Under the pieces are notes generated by a model that saw only the letters and a list, made by a program, of their open reading frames with translations, was not told where the DNA came from and made no database searches. From the NCBI GenBank assembly GCA_014729025.1, contig WJKP01000045.1:20015-84014 (forward strand): a stretch of 64,000 nt of DNA. Direction: 5' to 3'. The position numbers were made by a program, and so were the translations under genes. The first letter of the stretch is position 1. Each line of letters begins with the position of its first letter. Of this stretch, positions 27,916 to 40,731 are shown piece after piece. Origin of the DNA: Candidatus Buchananbacteria bacterium. Lineage in GTDB: Bacteria; Patescibacteriota; Patescibacteriia; CAIXNZ01.

Positions 27916-30897
27916 TTAAATTTTAAATTCACAAATATTTCTAAAATCACAAAATTTGCATTTATGAAATTCCGGATTGGCAGCAAACTTACTAGTTTTA
28001 ATTTGCTCAACAGTAGTAATAAAACGATCTTCTAGCTTTGCTAAATCTTTATCATTGCCAATAAAAGATAAACGGCTATTATTATCCAAATAATAAAAGG
28101 TTAATTTACTGACCGGATAACCAACGGTTATTTCAGGAATTTTTTGACAGGCATATTGGTATAATAAAAGCTGTTCCTTTTGCTCAAATGTCAATTTTTC
28201 TTTGGGATTACCTGTTTTATAATCAATTAATTCAACGGTTTTATCAGGCAAGACATCAATCCTATCTATAAAACCTTTGAAAGAATACAGCTCGTTTTTT
28301 GACCCCATTTTAAAATTAAAACCCTTTTCCAAAGCTATAACTGATAATTCCTGACCTTTATTTTCTTCATAAAATAATTTTAAAAAATCCAGTCCCTTTT
28401 TTAAGTATTTGGCTTTGTCAGTCTTGTTATCAAACCAATCATCTTGCCAACTTTCAGAAAAAATCTCTTTTAATTCTTCAAAACTAACTAGCTGCCCAAT
28501 TTTTTTAGTTGCAGAATCTTTGACTGCCGCAAATAAATCCGACTGTTTATTTTTTTGTCTAGATATAGCCAATTCAAGAAATTTCTGCAAAGTAGCATGC
28601 ATTGTTTTACCATAAGAAAAAACCGCTTTGCCTTTGATAGGGATACGATAAATATGGGCAAGCTTATACTGATATGGACATGTCTGAAACGCTGCTATTT
28701 GTGAATAAGAAAACTGAGATGGTAGCACATATTTATTATTTTCTTTTTTATTGCTTGTTGATTCAGGCACATTGACCGCTTTTAAATTGTCTGCTACAGC
28801 TTCAGCTTTTTCATCTAATTTAAAACCTTTGTTAGTTTCAGTTAATTCGACTAAAAATTTGGATATTTTTTTAACTCTAGCACCGCCATAATCATTTGCC
28901 GAAGTCAGATACAATCCCTCTTTGGCTCGAGTCATGGCAACATAAAATAAGCGGCGTTCTTCCTGAAGATGAAAATCCCCTTCCGGTAAAATATCCTTTA
29001 CTAATTCTTCCGGTATTTCAATTGGTTCGCCCCTTTTATTTGTAGGAAAACGCTGATCAACTAAGTTGGGAATAAAAACATATTTGAATTCCAAACCTTT
29101 AGCTGAATGAACCGTCATGATTTTAATCACATCAGGCCCAAGTTCAATATCAAATTTCAAAGATCCGCTTTCACCTGATTCTAATTCTAAATCCAATTCA
29201 GCCAAAAAATCTTGTAATGAAGGATCGGTTGCGCCTTCTTCAAAAACTTTTATCCTATCATAAAATTGATTTAAATATTCAGCATTTTGCTTAGCAATAG
29301 CCTCATCAGCTTGAACAATTTTTTGCAAATATTGAGAATCATTCATAAAAGTTAATAGAATTTCTCCGGCTGTTTTATTTCTGGTTAAATTAGTATGTTT
29401 TTCAATTAATGATAACAAACGATTTATTTCCGAAACAGTTTCAGATGATAAACCTTTTATGGAACCAGCTTGTTTTAAAGCTTCATATAGAGAAATTGTT
29501 TTCTTCTTAGCCCAATAACAAAGCTTAGTCACATCTTCATCAGATAAATTAATTATCGGCGAACGTAAAATACGAAATACGGCAGAACTTTCATGATAAT
29601 CATCAAGCAGTTTAAAATAATTTAAAATATCCAGAATAATGGGTTTGGAATATAATCCGCGCAAAGCGACGAATTGGTAAGGTAAATTGGTCTTACGCAA
29701 AAAATTAGTAAAAGTAGTAGCACTATCATTAGCTCTAACTAAAATCGCAAAATCTGACCAGGCTGCATTTTTATCTTGCTTTTTTATTTCCAAAATTTTC
29801 TCAATCACTCCCCTGACCTCGTCATCTAAAGTCTGAAAATGTAGATGCTTAATTTGCGCCTTTTTTTTCAAATTAGATTTTAATTGTTTTTTTATCTTAG
29901 AATTTTTTTGAGCTTCCAAGCGATTAGGGTCATTTAATTTGATAAAATTATATGACAAATCCAGAATCTCTTGACAGGAGCGATAATTATTGATCAGAAC
30001 AATCTGAGTTGCTTTAGGATAATCCTTGCTAAATTGCAAAATATTAGAAACTGAAGCTCCACGAAATTTATAAATTGACTGGTCATCATCAGCAACAACG
30101 GTTAAATTACCTTTATCACCAGCTAAAAGCTTAACCAAGTTATATTGGGCATAATTAGTATCCTGAAATTCATCAACTAAAATATATTTAAACTGTTTTT
30201 GATATTTTTGCAAAATAGCCGGCCGTTCTTTAAATAACCATAAAGTATAATTAATTAAATCACCAAAATCCAAAGAATTATTATCCAACAGCAACTGCTG
30301 ATAAATATGATAAGCATTGGCAATTTCTTTTAAACGTTTAGCTTCATCCTGGACTACCTGATCACTGTTTTTATTGTCCATATCAAGCTCTAATTTTTCC
30401 GCATAAGCCAAATAATCTTGAGGATAAATCTCCTCATCTTTACAGCGTGAAAAATGGTTCAGTAAGGCATGGATAAACTTGGTCGGATTTCCCAAAGGCT
30501 TATAATAATCAAGTTCAAATTTATGCAAATTCTGTCTAACTAAAAGCCACTGGCTGGTCTGGTTAAGTAGTTTAAAATCATTAGACAAACCAATATCCAA
30601 GGCATGTTGCTCCAGTATTGTTTGGCAAAACGAATGGAAAGTGGATATCCATAAGTCAATATAACCATAAGGTAATAACTTATCCACTCTTTCCTGCATT
30701 TCTCCGGCTGCTTTTTCAGTAAAAGTCAAAGCTAAGATAGCATCAGTTTTAACACCTTTATCCAAAATCAAATGGGCAATCCGCCTGGTAATAACCATTG
30801 TTTTACCAGTACCCGCGCCTGCAATAATCAAAAGTGGGCCATCTCCAAAGGTAATGGCTTTCTTTTGTTCGGAATTAAATTTTATTTTTTCTTCCAT
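27916..30897 (-). CDS. UvrD/PcrA-type helicase fused to a C-terminal PD-(D/E)XK nuclease with a four-Cys (Fe-S-type) staple
   Basis: AGAGTGKT, LVDEFQDTN, DDDQSIY.FRGA, TVHSAKGLEF, EERRLFYVAMTRA; nuclease SYSQ..CP, GFIDRID, IDYKTG, QL..Y, CKFCDFRNIC. Confidence 0.92.
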   Translation of the reverse strand: MEEKIKFNSEQKKAITFGDGPLLIIAGAGTGKTMVITRRIAHLILDKGVKTDAILALTFTEKAAGEMQERVDKLLPYGYIDLWISTFHSFCQTILEQHALDIGLSNDFKLLNQTSQWLLVRQNLHKFELDYYKPLGNPTKFIHALLNHFSRCKDEEIYPQDYLAYAEKLELDMDNKNSDQVVQDEAKRLKEIANAYHIYQQLLLDNNSLDFGDLINYTLWLFKERPAILQKYQKQFKYILVDEFQDTNYAQYNLVKLLAGDKGNLTVVADDDQSIYKFRGASVSNILQFSKDYPKATQIVLINNYRSCQEILDLSYNFIKLNDPNRLEAQKNSKIKKQLKSNLKKKAQIKHLHFQTLDDEVRGVIEKILEIKKQDKNAAWSDFAILVRANDSATTFTNFLRKTNLPYQFVALRGLYSKPIILDILNYFKLLDDYHESSAVFRILRSPIINLSDEDVTKLCYWAKKKTISLYEALKQAGSIKGLSSETVSEINRLLSLIEKHTNLTRNKTAGEILLTFMNDSQYLQKIVQADEAIAKQNAEYLNQFYDRIKVFEEGATDPSLQDFLAELDLELESGESGSLKFDIELGPDVIKIMTVHSAKGLEFKYVFIPNLVDQRFPTNKRGEPIEIPEELVKDILPEGDFHLQEERRLFYVAMTRAKEGLYLTSANDYGGARVKKISKFLVELTETNKGFKLDEKAEAVADNLKAVNVPESTSNKKENNKYVLPSQFSYSQIAAFQTCPYQYKLAHIYRIPIKGKAVFSYGKTMHATLQKFLELAISRQKNKQSDLFAAVKDSATKKIGQLVSFEELKEIFSESWQDDWFDNKTDKAKYLKKGLDFLKLFYEENKGQELSVIALEKGFNFKMGSKNELYSFKGFIDRIDVLPDKTVELIDYKTGNPKEKLTFEQKEQLLLYQYACQKIPEITVGYPVSKLTFYYLDNNSRLSFIGNDKDLAKLEDRFITTVEQIKTSKFAANPEFHKCKFCDFRNICEFKI

Positions 30898-31011
30898 GTA
30901 ATATATTTTAACTTAAATTATGAAAAATTAAAACTCTTGACAAAATAACAATTTTAATGCTCAAATATCCAAGAAACATGGCTATAGGCCAGAGCCTACT
31001 AATTTTTTAAA

Positions 31012-31036
31012 AAAAGACCGCCCAAAGCGGTCTTTT
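31012..31036. terminator. Bidirectional terminator hairpin
   Basis: AAAAGACCGC-CCAAA-GCGGTCTTTT. Confidence 0.8.
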
Positions 31037-31193
31037 AAATTTTATATTAATTGCAGATTCATCAGCAAAATAACATGAATAATAAAAGAAATCAACAAGG
31101 GCAACCAAAAACGTTTACCAAATCCAATAAAAATAAGCCGAATGATTTATTTTTACTAACTGGATTCATCTCCCCCCCCTTTTTAGTTAATTA

Positions 31194-31703
31194 TTATTCA
31201 AAAACAAACTGATTATCGACTTTTAAACTATTTTCAAAAACGTGCAAATCATCTTCATGATCAGCATTTTTTTCTTCATCAAAAAACAAAACATTGGTAT
31301 GACCACCAACAAAACTATAATTATTCCATTCTGGATACATTTTATCTAAATTATTTTCTTCAATCACATAATCTCGATTATTCCAGCTAAATATAACCTG
31401 ATTATCTTTTTTAAATTCAATTATCGTACTTTGAGCATCAACTCCCATTAATTCAAACTCAAAATCTTTGGGTAAATAAAAAGTATAGGTCTTTTGACTT
31501 TGAATATCCGGATCAGTTCGCCCCAACTCTAAACTATAAAATTCCCAATCAGAAAAATTATCAGCATCACTTAAATCGTTATTCAAATTTTCATTAAATA
31601 AATCTGGTACAGGTTCCGGCCTAATTGATTCGGGGCTGGCAACAAAATTACAGCCACCCAATAAAACCAATAGGCTTAAAATTAAAAAATTGAATTTTTG
31701 CAT
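31194..31703 (-). CDS. Hypothetical acidic lipoprotein
   Basis: Lipobox LLGGC after a hydrophobic signal. Confidence 0.7.
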   Translation of the reverse strand: MQKFNFLILSLLVLLGGCNFVASPESIRPEPVPDLFNENLNNDLSDADNFSDWEFYSLELGRTDPDIQSQKTYTFYLPKDFEFELMGVDAQSTIIEFKKDNQVIFSWNNRDYVIEENNLDKMYPEWNNYSFVGGHTNVLFFDEEKNADHEDDLHVFENSLKVDNQFVFE

Positions 31704-31707
31704 AATT

Positions 31708-32775
31708 TTATTTATAAACTTTTAATTGTTTAGCGAGTTCATTACTAAATGATTTTATGGGATTATTTAAAATTTCTTTTTTTATTTTATTCAAATAAAT
31801 TTGATAAACACTTTTTTTCATGGGACTGCCGACCAATTCCATAAAGCCCAGGCCTTTAACTTTTTTATTCTTTATTTTTCCTTGAACTTCAATCCCTCCT
31901 TCCCAATAATTAATTGTACCAAAAATCATTTCTTGTTGTCTATTAAAAGATTTGACCTCCAAATTTATCTGCCAATCAGGCAAATAAATCTCATAATTTA
32001 AATAATAATCAGACCCGGTCTCTTTACTATGATATTTATTTCCTTTGGCTTTTAAAATTAAATCATCAGTAAATTCAACTTTACCATTTTCATCAATTAA
32101 ACTGGCGTGAAAAGTTTTTACCTCATCACCATACACAAAACAAAGCATATCAATCCCATTATTTAACTGAATAGAAAACCAGGTCCATTTATCACCACGC
32201 ATTAAAGGCCCTTGAGCCCATTGATGATCCATCCAGGAAAGCCCCTCAACTTCTAGCCATTTATTTTTAACCTTAATTATGCCTTTAGTTTTCAAATTAG
32301 TCAAAGAATAATAATAAGTTGTTTTCATGCCTAAATCCAAAAAACCGGTTTTATTCAAAAGTAAAGGCTGCTTGCTCGCTTCTAAATTTAAATCAATAAA
32401 ATCATTAACTATATGATAATTAAATTGACTAGTTTCTTCAATTAAACAAGCGTTATCATATTGAGCCCAAAGTAAAGGTTTTGTAAAGCTATTATGGTTG
32501 ACCCAGCAAACAGGATTAATTTTATATTGGAACTTATTGGCCTTATTGTCAGTCAATAAATGATGGGAAAAATATAAAGTTTTTAAAGGAATATTACTTA
32601 AAAAAGGAATCTTAACTTTTTTAGGTTTTGCGGCAAATAATGTATTCATATAAGAAAATAAACGGCCAGATTTACTTTTCAAATTACCATTAAAATACCA
32701 CCATTCAATCACATGATTATGTTTTTGTTCATCTTGCGGAAATTTAATTGGCTTATATTTTTCCCTGTATTTCAT
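31708..32775 (-). CDS. AttH/CrtC-like (lipocalin-like) protein
   Basis: EWWYFNG, YYYS, SWMDHQW, W.WFSIQL, YWEG, GFMEL. Confidence 0.85.
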   Translation of the reverse strand: MKYREKYKPIKFPQDEQKHNHVIEWWYFNGNLKSKSGRLFSYMNTLFAAKPKKVKIPFLSNIPLKTLYFSHHLLTDNKANKFQYKINPVCWVNHNSFTKPLLWAQYDNACLIEETSQFNYHIVNDFIDLNLEASKQPLLLNKTGFLDLGMKTTYYYSLTNLKTKGIIKVKNKWLEVEGLSWMDHQWAQGPLMRGDKWTWFSIQLNNGIDMLCFVYGDEVKTFHASLIDENGKVEFTDDLILKAKGNKYHSKETGSDYYLNYEIYLPDWQINLEVKSFNRQQEMIFGTINYWEGGIEVQGKIKNKKVKGLGFMELVGSPMKKSVYQIYLNKIKKEILNNPIKSFSNELAKQLKVYK

Positions 32776-33551
32776 ATTTTTTTAATCCAATTTTTAAAAA
32801 TTTGTTTTATTTCAGCCAAATATTCTTGATCGTAAAAAGTATGAGCAGCACCTTTGATAATATATAATGCCTTCGGGCCAGGCAGTTTTTCATAAAGCAT
32901 TTGCTGATGAGTAAAAGGCGTAGAAGTATCATGCTCACCAACTATTAATAATACTGGTAATTTCAATTCATCAGCTTTAGTTAAGATATCATATTTCAAA
33001 TTATCTTCCATATGCGACCAAGGCAATCTTTTTATAAGTCCGGGCTTGGAAAAACTTTCATATTCATACCAGCCTGTTTTTTGCCAAGCTTTTACATGTT
33101 CTTCACCTAAAAACATTTTATAAGCTTCCAGCCTTAACTTGCCGGAAACTACTGTTGAAATGGGAGCAACAGCTTTAACTTGTTCGGGGAAATTTAAAGT
33201 ATATAATAAAATCGCGATACCTCCCAAACTATGACCGACCAATACAAAGGGTTCGATATACCAATCTTGTTTTTTAGCCCAAGCAATAACATCTTCTAAA
33301 TCCTGATAATGTTTTGTTACACTAGCTTCTTCAAATTGGCCTTCACTTTCATTAAAAGAGTTAGTAGCATCAAAGCGTAAAACAGTATAACCTGATTCTT
33401 TAAATGCCTCGGCAAATGTTGCTATATGTCCCTGTTCTTTAAATCCGCCCAAACCATGTAAAATAATGGCCAAACCTTTTGCCTGATCAGCTTTTTCTAT
33501 CAAAACTGAGATATTCAAATCATAACTATTTTTAATTATTTTTTTTATCAT
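32772..33551 (-). CDS. Alpha/beta hydrolase
   Basis: HGLGG, GHSLGG nucleophile, GEHD acid, GAAH His. Confidence 0.9.
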   Translation of the reverse strand: MIKKIIKNSYDLNISVLIEKADQAKGLAIILHGLGGFKEQGHIATFAEAFKESGYTVLRFDATNSFNESEGQFEEASVTKHYQDLEDVIAWAKKQDWYIEPFVLVGHSLGGIAILLYTLNFPEQVKAVAPISTVVSGKLRLEAYKMFLGEEHVKAWQKTGWYEYESFSKPGLIKRLPWSHMEDNLKYDILTKADELKLPVLLIVGEHDTSTPFTHQQMLYEKLPGPKALYIIKGAAHTFYDQEYLAEIKQIFKNWIKKI

Positions 33552-33602
33552 ATTAATTTAATTTTAGCTTAAAATTCATAATAAGTAAATAAAAACAATC
33601 TA

Positions 33603-33631
33603 TTGACAAAAATTAAAATTTATTATACAAT
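33603..33631 (+). promoter_or_regulatory. Sigma70 promoter
   Basis: TTGACA (33603-33608), 17 bp, TACAAT (33626-33631). Confidence 0.7.
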
Positions 33632-33665
33632 AAAATAAGTAATAAAGTAAAAAAGGAGAAAAACA

Positions 33666-33896
33666 ATGAGCTCAAACTATCAAACAGTCAAAGACTTTTT
33701 TCAGGAAAGGTTTCCTGAGGCTAATGAAGATATTTTAAAGTTGGTCGCCAATCAACGTCTTAAAGGCTTGGGTATTAATACCGAACTGACAAAAATCGAG
33801 GAACAAACAGCTCAAAAACTGATTGACTTTTTTAAAACTCTTTCTCCTGAAGAATTACAAGAATTGACATTCAATGCCATGAGTAACACTATTTGA
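33666..33896 (+). CDS. Small hypothetical protein
   Basis: 76 aa with its own promoter, an AAGGAG SD and a downstream hairpin. Confidence 0.7.
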   Translation: MSSNYQTVKDFFQERFPEANEDILKLVANQRLKGLGINTELTKIEEQTAQKLIDFFKTLSPEELQELTFNAMSNTI

Positions 33897-33900
33897 GCAC

Positions 33901-33930
33901 AAGCGATATGATCCAATGATTATATCGCTT
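33901..33930 (+). terminator. Hairpin after the 33666 gene
   Basis: AAGCGATAT...ATATCGCTT followed by a T-rich tract. Confidence 0.55.
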
Positions 33931-33961
33931 TATTTATTTAAAATTATTTTATTATAAAAAT

Positions 33962-34990
33962 ATGAACAAAGCAGAACAAGAACTAATTCAACCCGAGCAA
34001 GACAAAACACCTGAACAACAAATCGAAGAATTAAAACAAAAAAATAAAGAATTAAAAGATCGTTTAAAAGAAGCCATTACCGATCCGGTTACTGGCTTGG
34101 AAAGGCGTGCCGGTTTATTTCAAGATATAAACCAAGAAATCACAGAAATGATGGGAGAAAAAGGATTGAAAAAATTAGAGGAATTAACAGATAATGAATT
34201 AATAGAATTTATTGATCAATTACTTAATAATGAAACAATAAAAAAACAACCACTAAACATTGCCATTTGTGATGTTGCTTATTTATCTTTGGCCAATAAA
34301 AGCGGTTTGCAAGGTGGCGATCAGCTTTTAGGCAGGATCGGTGATGCGGCTCGAGCAGTTGGGTCGCCAAAAGTGACCTTACCGGAAGATTTAAATGAAT
34401 CAGAAAAAAAGCCGATTGTTAAATTCTTCAGACATGGCGGAGATGAATTAACCGCTATTGTCAGGGAATGGCCGCAAGAAGCAGAACAAAAATTACAAAA
34501 ATTTGCTCAACAAGTCTCAAAAATAAAAAATATTAAAGATTTTGAAGAAGCAAATCTTTCTACTCATATAGATTATGGCCTGGCCCATATTACCGAAGCT
34601 TTAACAGCTTTTAAAAAAATAATGGAAACAAAAGAAGGTCCTAAAGATATTCCCCCATCGGCTCGCTTAAAAAATCTGGAAAATATTTGGCTGGAAATTG
34701 CGGAATTAAAAGCAACCATTGAAAAAACTAAAATCAGGCTAAAACTTTTAGCCGAATTAAAAACAAAACAACCAGAACTTTATGATAAAGTCATTGCTTA
34801 TCTACGTAAAGGGGCTCATAATATTACTGAAAAAAAATTAAACGAATTAATCGAACAAGCCGATCAAAAATTTTCCGGAGAAAAATGGGATGATATTACT
34901 TCTGAATTTATTATTCAAGAATTAAAAAATGAAAAAGCATTGGATGAACAATCACAAATAAACCTTGAAACTATTTTAAAATCCGAATAA
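33962..34990 (+). CDS. Divergent GGDEF-like protein
   Basis: Coiled coil, TDPVTGL, D...LAN...GDQLL, FRHGGDEL. Confidence 0.7.
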   Translation: MNKAEQELIQPEQDKTPEQQIEELKQKNKELKDRLKEAITDPVTGLERRAGLFQDINQEITEMMGEKGLKKLEELTDNELIEFIDQLLNNETIKKQPLNIAICDVAYLSLANKSGLQGGDQLLGRIGDAARAVGSPKVTLPEDLNESEKKPIVKFFRHGGDELTAIVREWPQEAEQKLQKFAQQVSKIKNIKDFEEANLSTHIDYGLAHITEALTAFKKIMETKEGPKDIPPSARLKNLENIWLEIAELKATIEKTKIRLKLLAELKTKQPELYDKVIAYLRKGAHNITEKKLNELIEQADQKFSGEKWDDITSEFIIQELKNEKALDEQSQINLETILKSE

Positions 34991-35047
34991 AAACAATAAA
35001 AAAACAATAATTTTATTATCACGAATTATTGTTTTTTTATTGTTTTT
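34989..35047. terminator. Perfect 24-bp AT-rich inverted repeat between convergent genes
   Basis: AAAAACAATAAAAAAACAATAATT, 11-nt loop, AATTATTGTTTTTTTATTGTTTTT. Confidence 0.7.
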
Positions 35048-36069
35048 TAGTGATTATATTTATTTGCTAATTGACCACAAGCTGCATCAATCTCTTTACC
35101 AAAACGATGCCTTTCAGTGACATTAATTTTATTACGCCCCAAAATATGCTTAAATAAGGCAACATTTTTGGGACTAGATGGTTGAAATTTATTGTTTAGA
35201 AAATCACCCTTATTATATAAAATTAAATTAAGTAAATAAAGTTTTGACGGTAAATATTTTAACAATTCTACCAATTGATTAGCCGCTTGTTCACTATCAT
35301 TAAAATCTTTTAACATAATATACTCAATCATTACCCGCCGATTGGTTTCCTTGATATAATCTTTTACTACCGTTAAAACCTGATTTAACGAATATTTTTT
35401 ATTTAAAGGTATAAGTTTATCACGTAATTTATTATTAGGCGCATGTAAGGAAATAGCCAAATTAATCTGTAAATTTTCTTTGCTTAATTTATAAATATCT
35501 TCAGGTAAACCGATTGTTGAAATTGAAATATGCCGGGCACCGATATTAAAATAATCTTTATTATTTAAAATTTTTATAGCCTCGATAACATTATCATAAT
35601 TTAAAAATGGTTCCCCCATTCCCATAAAAACGACATTTGTCACCTTTTTATTTTCTTTTTTTAATAATCTGGCAAAAAACAAAACCTGAGTAATTATCTC
35701 ATCTATTTCTAAATTACGTTTATAGCCTACCTGACCAGTTGAACAAAACAAGCACCCCAAAGGACACCCTACCTGTGAAGAAACACAAACAGTATTGCGG
35801 CCGTCATTATGACGCATTAAAACTGTTTCAATTTTCTTATCATCAATTAAAGTAATTAAAGCCTTAATAGTTTTTTTATCATCAGACCTAATAATTTTAG
35901 CTTCTAACTCTAAGGGTATTTTTTGATTCAATTCAACTCGAAGTTTTTGTGGTAAATTAAAAGCTTTTTGCCAATCATCAATTAAATCATGCCAAATTAC
36001 TTGCTGGCATTGCTTAAAACGATAAGCAGGCTCGTTCTTTAATGAATTTTTTAATAATTTCAGATTCAT
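35047..36069 (-). CDS. rlmN: 23S rRNA m2A2503 methyltransferase RlmN
   Basis: CVSSQVGCPLGCLFC, MGMGEP, ISLHAP, AACGQL. Confidence 0.93.
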   Translation of the reverse strand: MNLKLLKNSLKNEPAYRFKQCQQVIWHDLIDDWQKAFNLPQKLRVELNQKIPLELEAKIIRSDDKKTIKALITLIDDKKIETVLMRHNDGRNTVCVSSQVGCPLGCLFCSTGQVGYKRNLEIDEIITQVLFFARLLKKENKKVTNVVFMGMGEPFLNYDNVIEAIKILNNKDYFNIGARHISISTIGLPEDIYKLSKENLQINLAISLHAPNNKLRDKLIPLNKKYSLNQVLTVVKDYIKETNRRVMIEYIMLKDFNDSEQAANQLVELLKYLPSKLYLLNLILYNKGDFLNNKFQPSSPKNVALFKHILGRNKINVTERHRFGKEIDAACGQLANKYNH

Positions 36070-36144
36070 AAAATAATTTTAACTTAAAAATAAAAAAAAT
36101 ATCCAAGTGGACATTTTAACTAACAGCTTCAAACTGATAATCAA

Positions 36145-36282
36145 CTAAAATTTTAAATATTTCTTTACCCTTTGATTTTCCTTTAAATCCTCTGGTGATC
36201 TGTAAATGCAAACAATAAGCAAAAATATTGTAATATTCAGCGCTACCAACGGGAATTTCATAAAACTGTCACCGGTATTCAA
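36145..36282 (-). CDS. 45-aa single-TM microprotein (not in the ORF track)
   Basis: TTG start after AAAGGAGGT: (M)NTGDSFMKFPLVALNITIFLLIVCIYRSPEDLKENQRVKKYLKF. Upstream TTGACA (36339-36344), 17 bp, TAAGGT. Confidence 0.55.
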   Translation of the reverse strand: MNTGDSFMKFPLVALNITIFLLIVCIYRSPEDLKENQRVKKYLKF

Positions 36283-36364
36283 ATAAAACCTCCTTTGAAT
36301 GCTATTTTGATTTAAACCTTAGCATATTAATTTCTATTTGTCAAGCCAAAAATTAAATTGTTAT

Positions 36365-36805
36365 TTATAATTTATTAATCTTTTTCCAGCGGATAACTGC
36401 CTTAGTTCTGGCTAATTCTTTAGCTAAACTGGCATTAATATTGGCAAAACGTTCCTTATCAGAAGTTCGTAAATTTTTCAAACTCTGTTCAGCTGTTTTT
36501 CTGGCGGCTTCAGCTTTAGCCAAATCGATTTCTTCGGCGCGTTCAGCCGTATCAGCTAAAAGCACGACCTTATTTCTAAATACCTCAATAAACCCACCGG
36601 AAACCGACATTATTTTATGTTCATTATTTTCATTAACTAATTCAATAACACCTGGCTTTAAAATCCCAACCAAAGGCATATGTTTTGGTAAAACAGTAAT
36701 AAAACCTTCCTCAGTCGGCACCGTGACTTTTTTAATCATTTCCTTTAAAGCAATTTTTTCTGGAGTTACTATTTCAAATTTAATTATTTCTTTTGATTTA
36801 TACAT
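36365..36805 (-). CDS. atpC: ATP synthase epsilon subunit
   Basis: EIVTPE, LPKHMP, VSGGFIEV, LADTAERAEEID. Confidence 0.95.
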   Translation of the reverse strand: MYKSKEIIKFEIVTPEKIALKEMIKKVTVPTEEGFITVLPKHMPLVGILKPGVIELVNENNEHKIMSVSGGFIEVFRNKVVLLADTAERAEEIDLAKAEAARKTAEQSLKNLRTSDKERFANINASLAKELARTKAVIRWKKINKL

Positions 36806-36816
36806 ATAATTATTAT

Positions 36817-39184
<2,368 letters not shown>

Positions 39185-39189
39185 TATTT

Positions 39190-40713
39190 TTAATTAATTA
39201 AATAATCTAAGGTATCTTTAAAATTATTAATAACTGTTTTTAAATTATTTTCATCTTCTTCTGTTAATTCACCGGTTTGCTCAATATTATTTAAAATCGA
39301 CTGACCATTGTCTCTGACAAATTCAAGCAAACTATTTTCAAATTCTGAAACTTTTTCCACTGGCACATCATCTATTAGGCCAGAAATCAAAGCAAAGAAA
39401 ATAACAACCTGTTCAGCCACTGGTACCGGTTCATACTGATCCTGCTTTAAGATCTCTATTAATCTTTTACCTCTTTCCAATTTAGTCTGAGTTTCTTTAT
39501 CCAAATCAGAACCAAATTGGGCAAAAGCTGCCAATTCACGATATTGAGCAGCCTCCAGGCGCATTTTACCGGCAACTTTTTTCATAGCTTTAATTTGAGC
39601 TGCCGAACCGACACGTGAGACTGATAATCCGGCATTAATTGCCGGCCGAACTCCTTGATAAAATAAATCGGGCTCCAAATAAATCTGGCCGTCAGTAATC
39701 GAAATAACATTAGTTGGAATATAAGCCGAGACATCACCGGCCTGAGTTTCAATAATCGGTAAAGCAGTAATTGAACCGCCACCATTTTTTTCATTTAATC
39801 TACAAGCCCTTTCCAATAATCTTGAATGCAAATAAAAAACATCTCCGGGATAAGCCTCACGCCCGGGCGGACGTTTTAACAGTAATGAAATTTCACGATA
39901 AGCTACCGCATGTTTTGATAAATCATCATAAATTATTAAAACATCCTCGCCTTTATCAAGAAAATATTCAGCCATAGCACAGCCGGCATAAGGTGCAATA
40001 TAAAGCATTGACGATGGATCAGACGCACCAGCCAGAATCACGGTTGTATAATCCATGGCTTTAGTTTCTTTTAATTTGGCTACAATATTTGCTATTTTTG
40101 ATTCCTTTTGTCCAATAGCCACATAAATACATTTCATGTTTTGACCTTTTTGATTAATAATCGCATCAATAGCAATTGCGGTCTTACCTATTTGTCGGTC
40201 ACCAATAATCAATTCCCTTTGACCACGGCCAATGGGAATCATGGCATCAACGGCTTTAATACCGGTTTGCACCGGCTGATCAACAGGCTGTCGCGCAATC
40301 ACGCCAGGTGCTATTTTTTCTATTGGATAATAATTTTTAGTTTTAATTGCTTTCCCACTATCCAAAACTTTACCCAAAGGATCCAAAACTCGTCCGACAA
40401 CTTCTTCGCCAACCGGAACTTCTAAAATTCTTTGCAAAGCAATTACTTCATCACCTTCTTTGATTTTTTCATAATTACCAAAAATAATAGCGCCGACACT
40501 ATCCTCTTCCAAATTTAAAACTACACCAAAAATAGACTCGGTCTCAGTTTTAAATTCCAACATTTCTGACATCACTACTTGTGATAAGCCTGAAATTTTA
40601 GCAATACCGTCACCAACTTCAATAACCTTGCCAAAATTCTTTTCTGTAGACTCATTTTTAAAATCTTGTATCTGCTCCTTTAATTGAGTAATGATATAAT
40701 CTTTATTTGTCAT
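39190..40713 (-). CDS. atpA: ATP synthase alpha subunit
   Basis: [30 protein letters not shown]. Confidence 0.98.
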   Translation of the reverse strand: MTNKDYIITQLKEQIQDFKNESTEKNFGKVIEVGDGIAKISGLSQVVMSEMLEFKTETESIFGVVLNLEEDSVGAIIFGNYEKIKEGDEVIALQRILEVPVGEEVVGRVLDPLGKVLDSGKAIKTKNYYPIEKIAPGVIARQPVDQPVQTGIKAVDAMIPIGRGQRELIIGDRQIGKTAIAIDAIINQKGQNMKCIYVAIGQKESKIANIVAKLKETKAMDYTTVILAGASDPSSMLYIAPYAGCAMAEYFLDKGEDVLIIYDDLSKHAVAYREISLLLKRPPGREAYPGDVFYLHSRLLERACRLNEKNGGGSITALPIIETQAGDVSAYIPTNVISITDGQIYLEPDLFYQGVRPAINAGLSVSRVGSAAQIKAMKKVAGKMRLEAAQYRELAAFAQFGSDLDKETQTKLERGKRLIEILKQDQYEPVPVAEQVVIFFALISGLIDDVPVEKVSEFENSLLEFVRDNGQSILNNIEQTGELTEEDENNLKTVINNFKDTLDYLIN

Positions 40714-40731
40714 AATATTCTATGAATTATT

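Noticed and set aside
30937-31010. TTGACA followed by a 10-codon ORF (MAIGQSLLIF) and a small TAGGC/GCCTA hairpin
   Set aside because: The -10 box is poor, there is no SD, and the ORF is too short to support.
31092-31169. 25-aa minus-strand ORF after a G-run, with a hydrophobic stretch in another frame
   Set aside because: It could be a frameshifted relic, but there is no recognisable homology or promoter.
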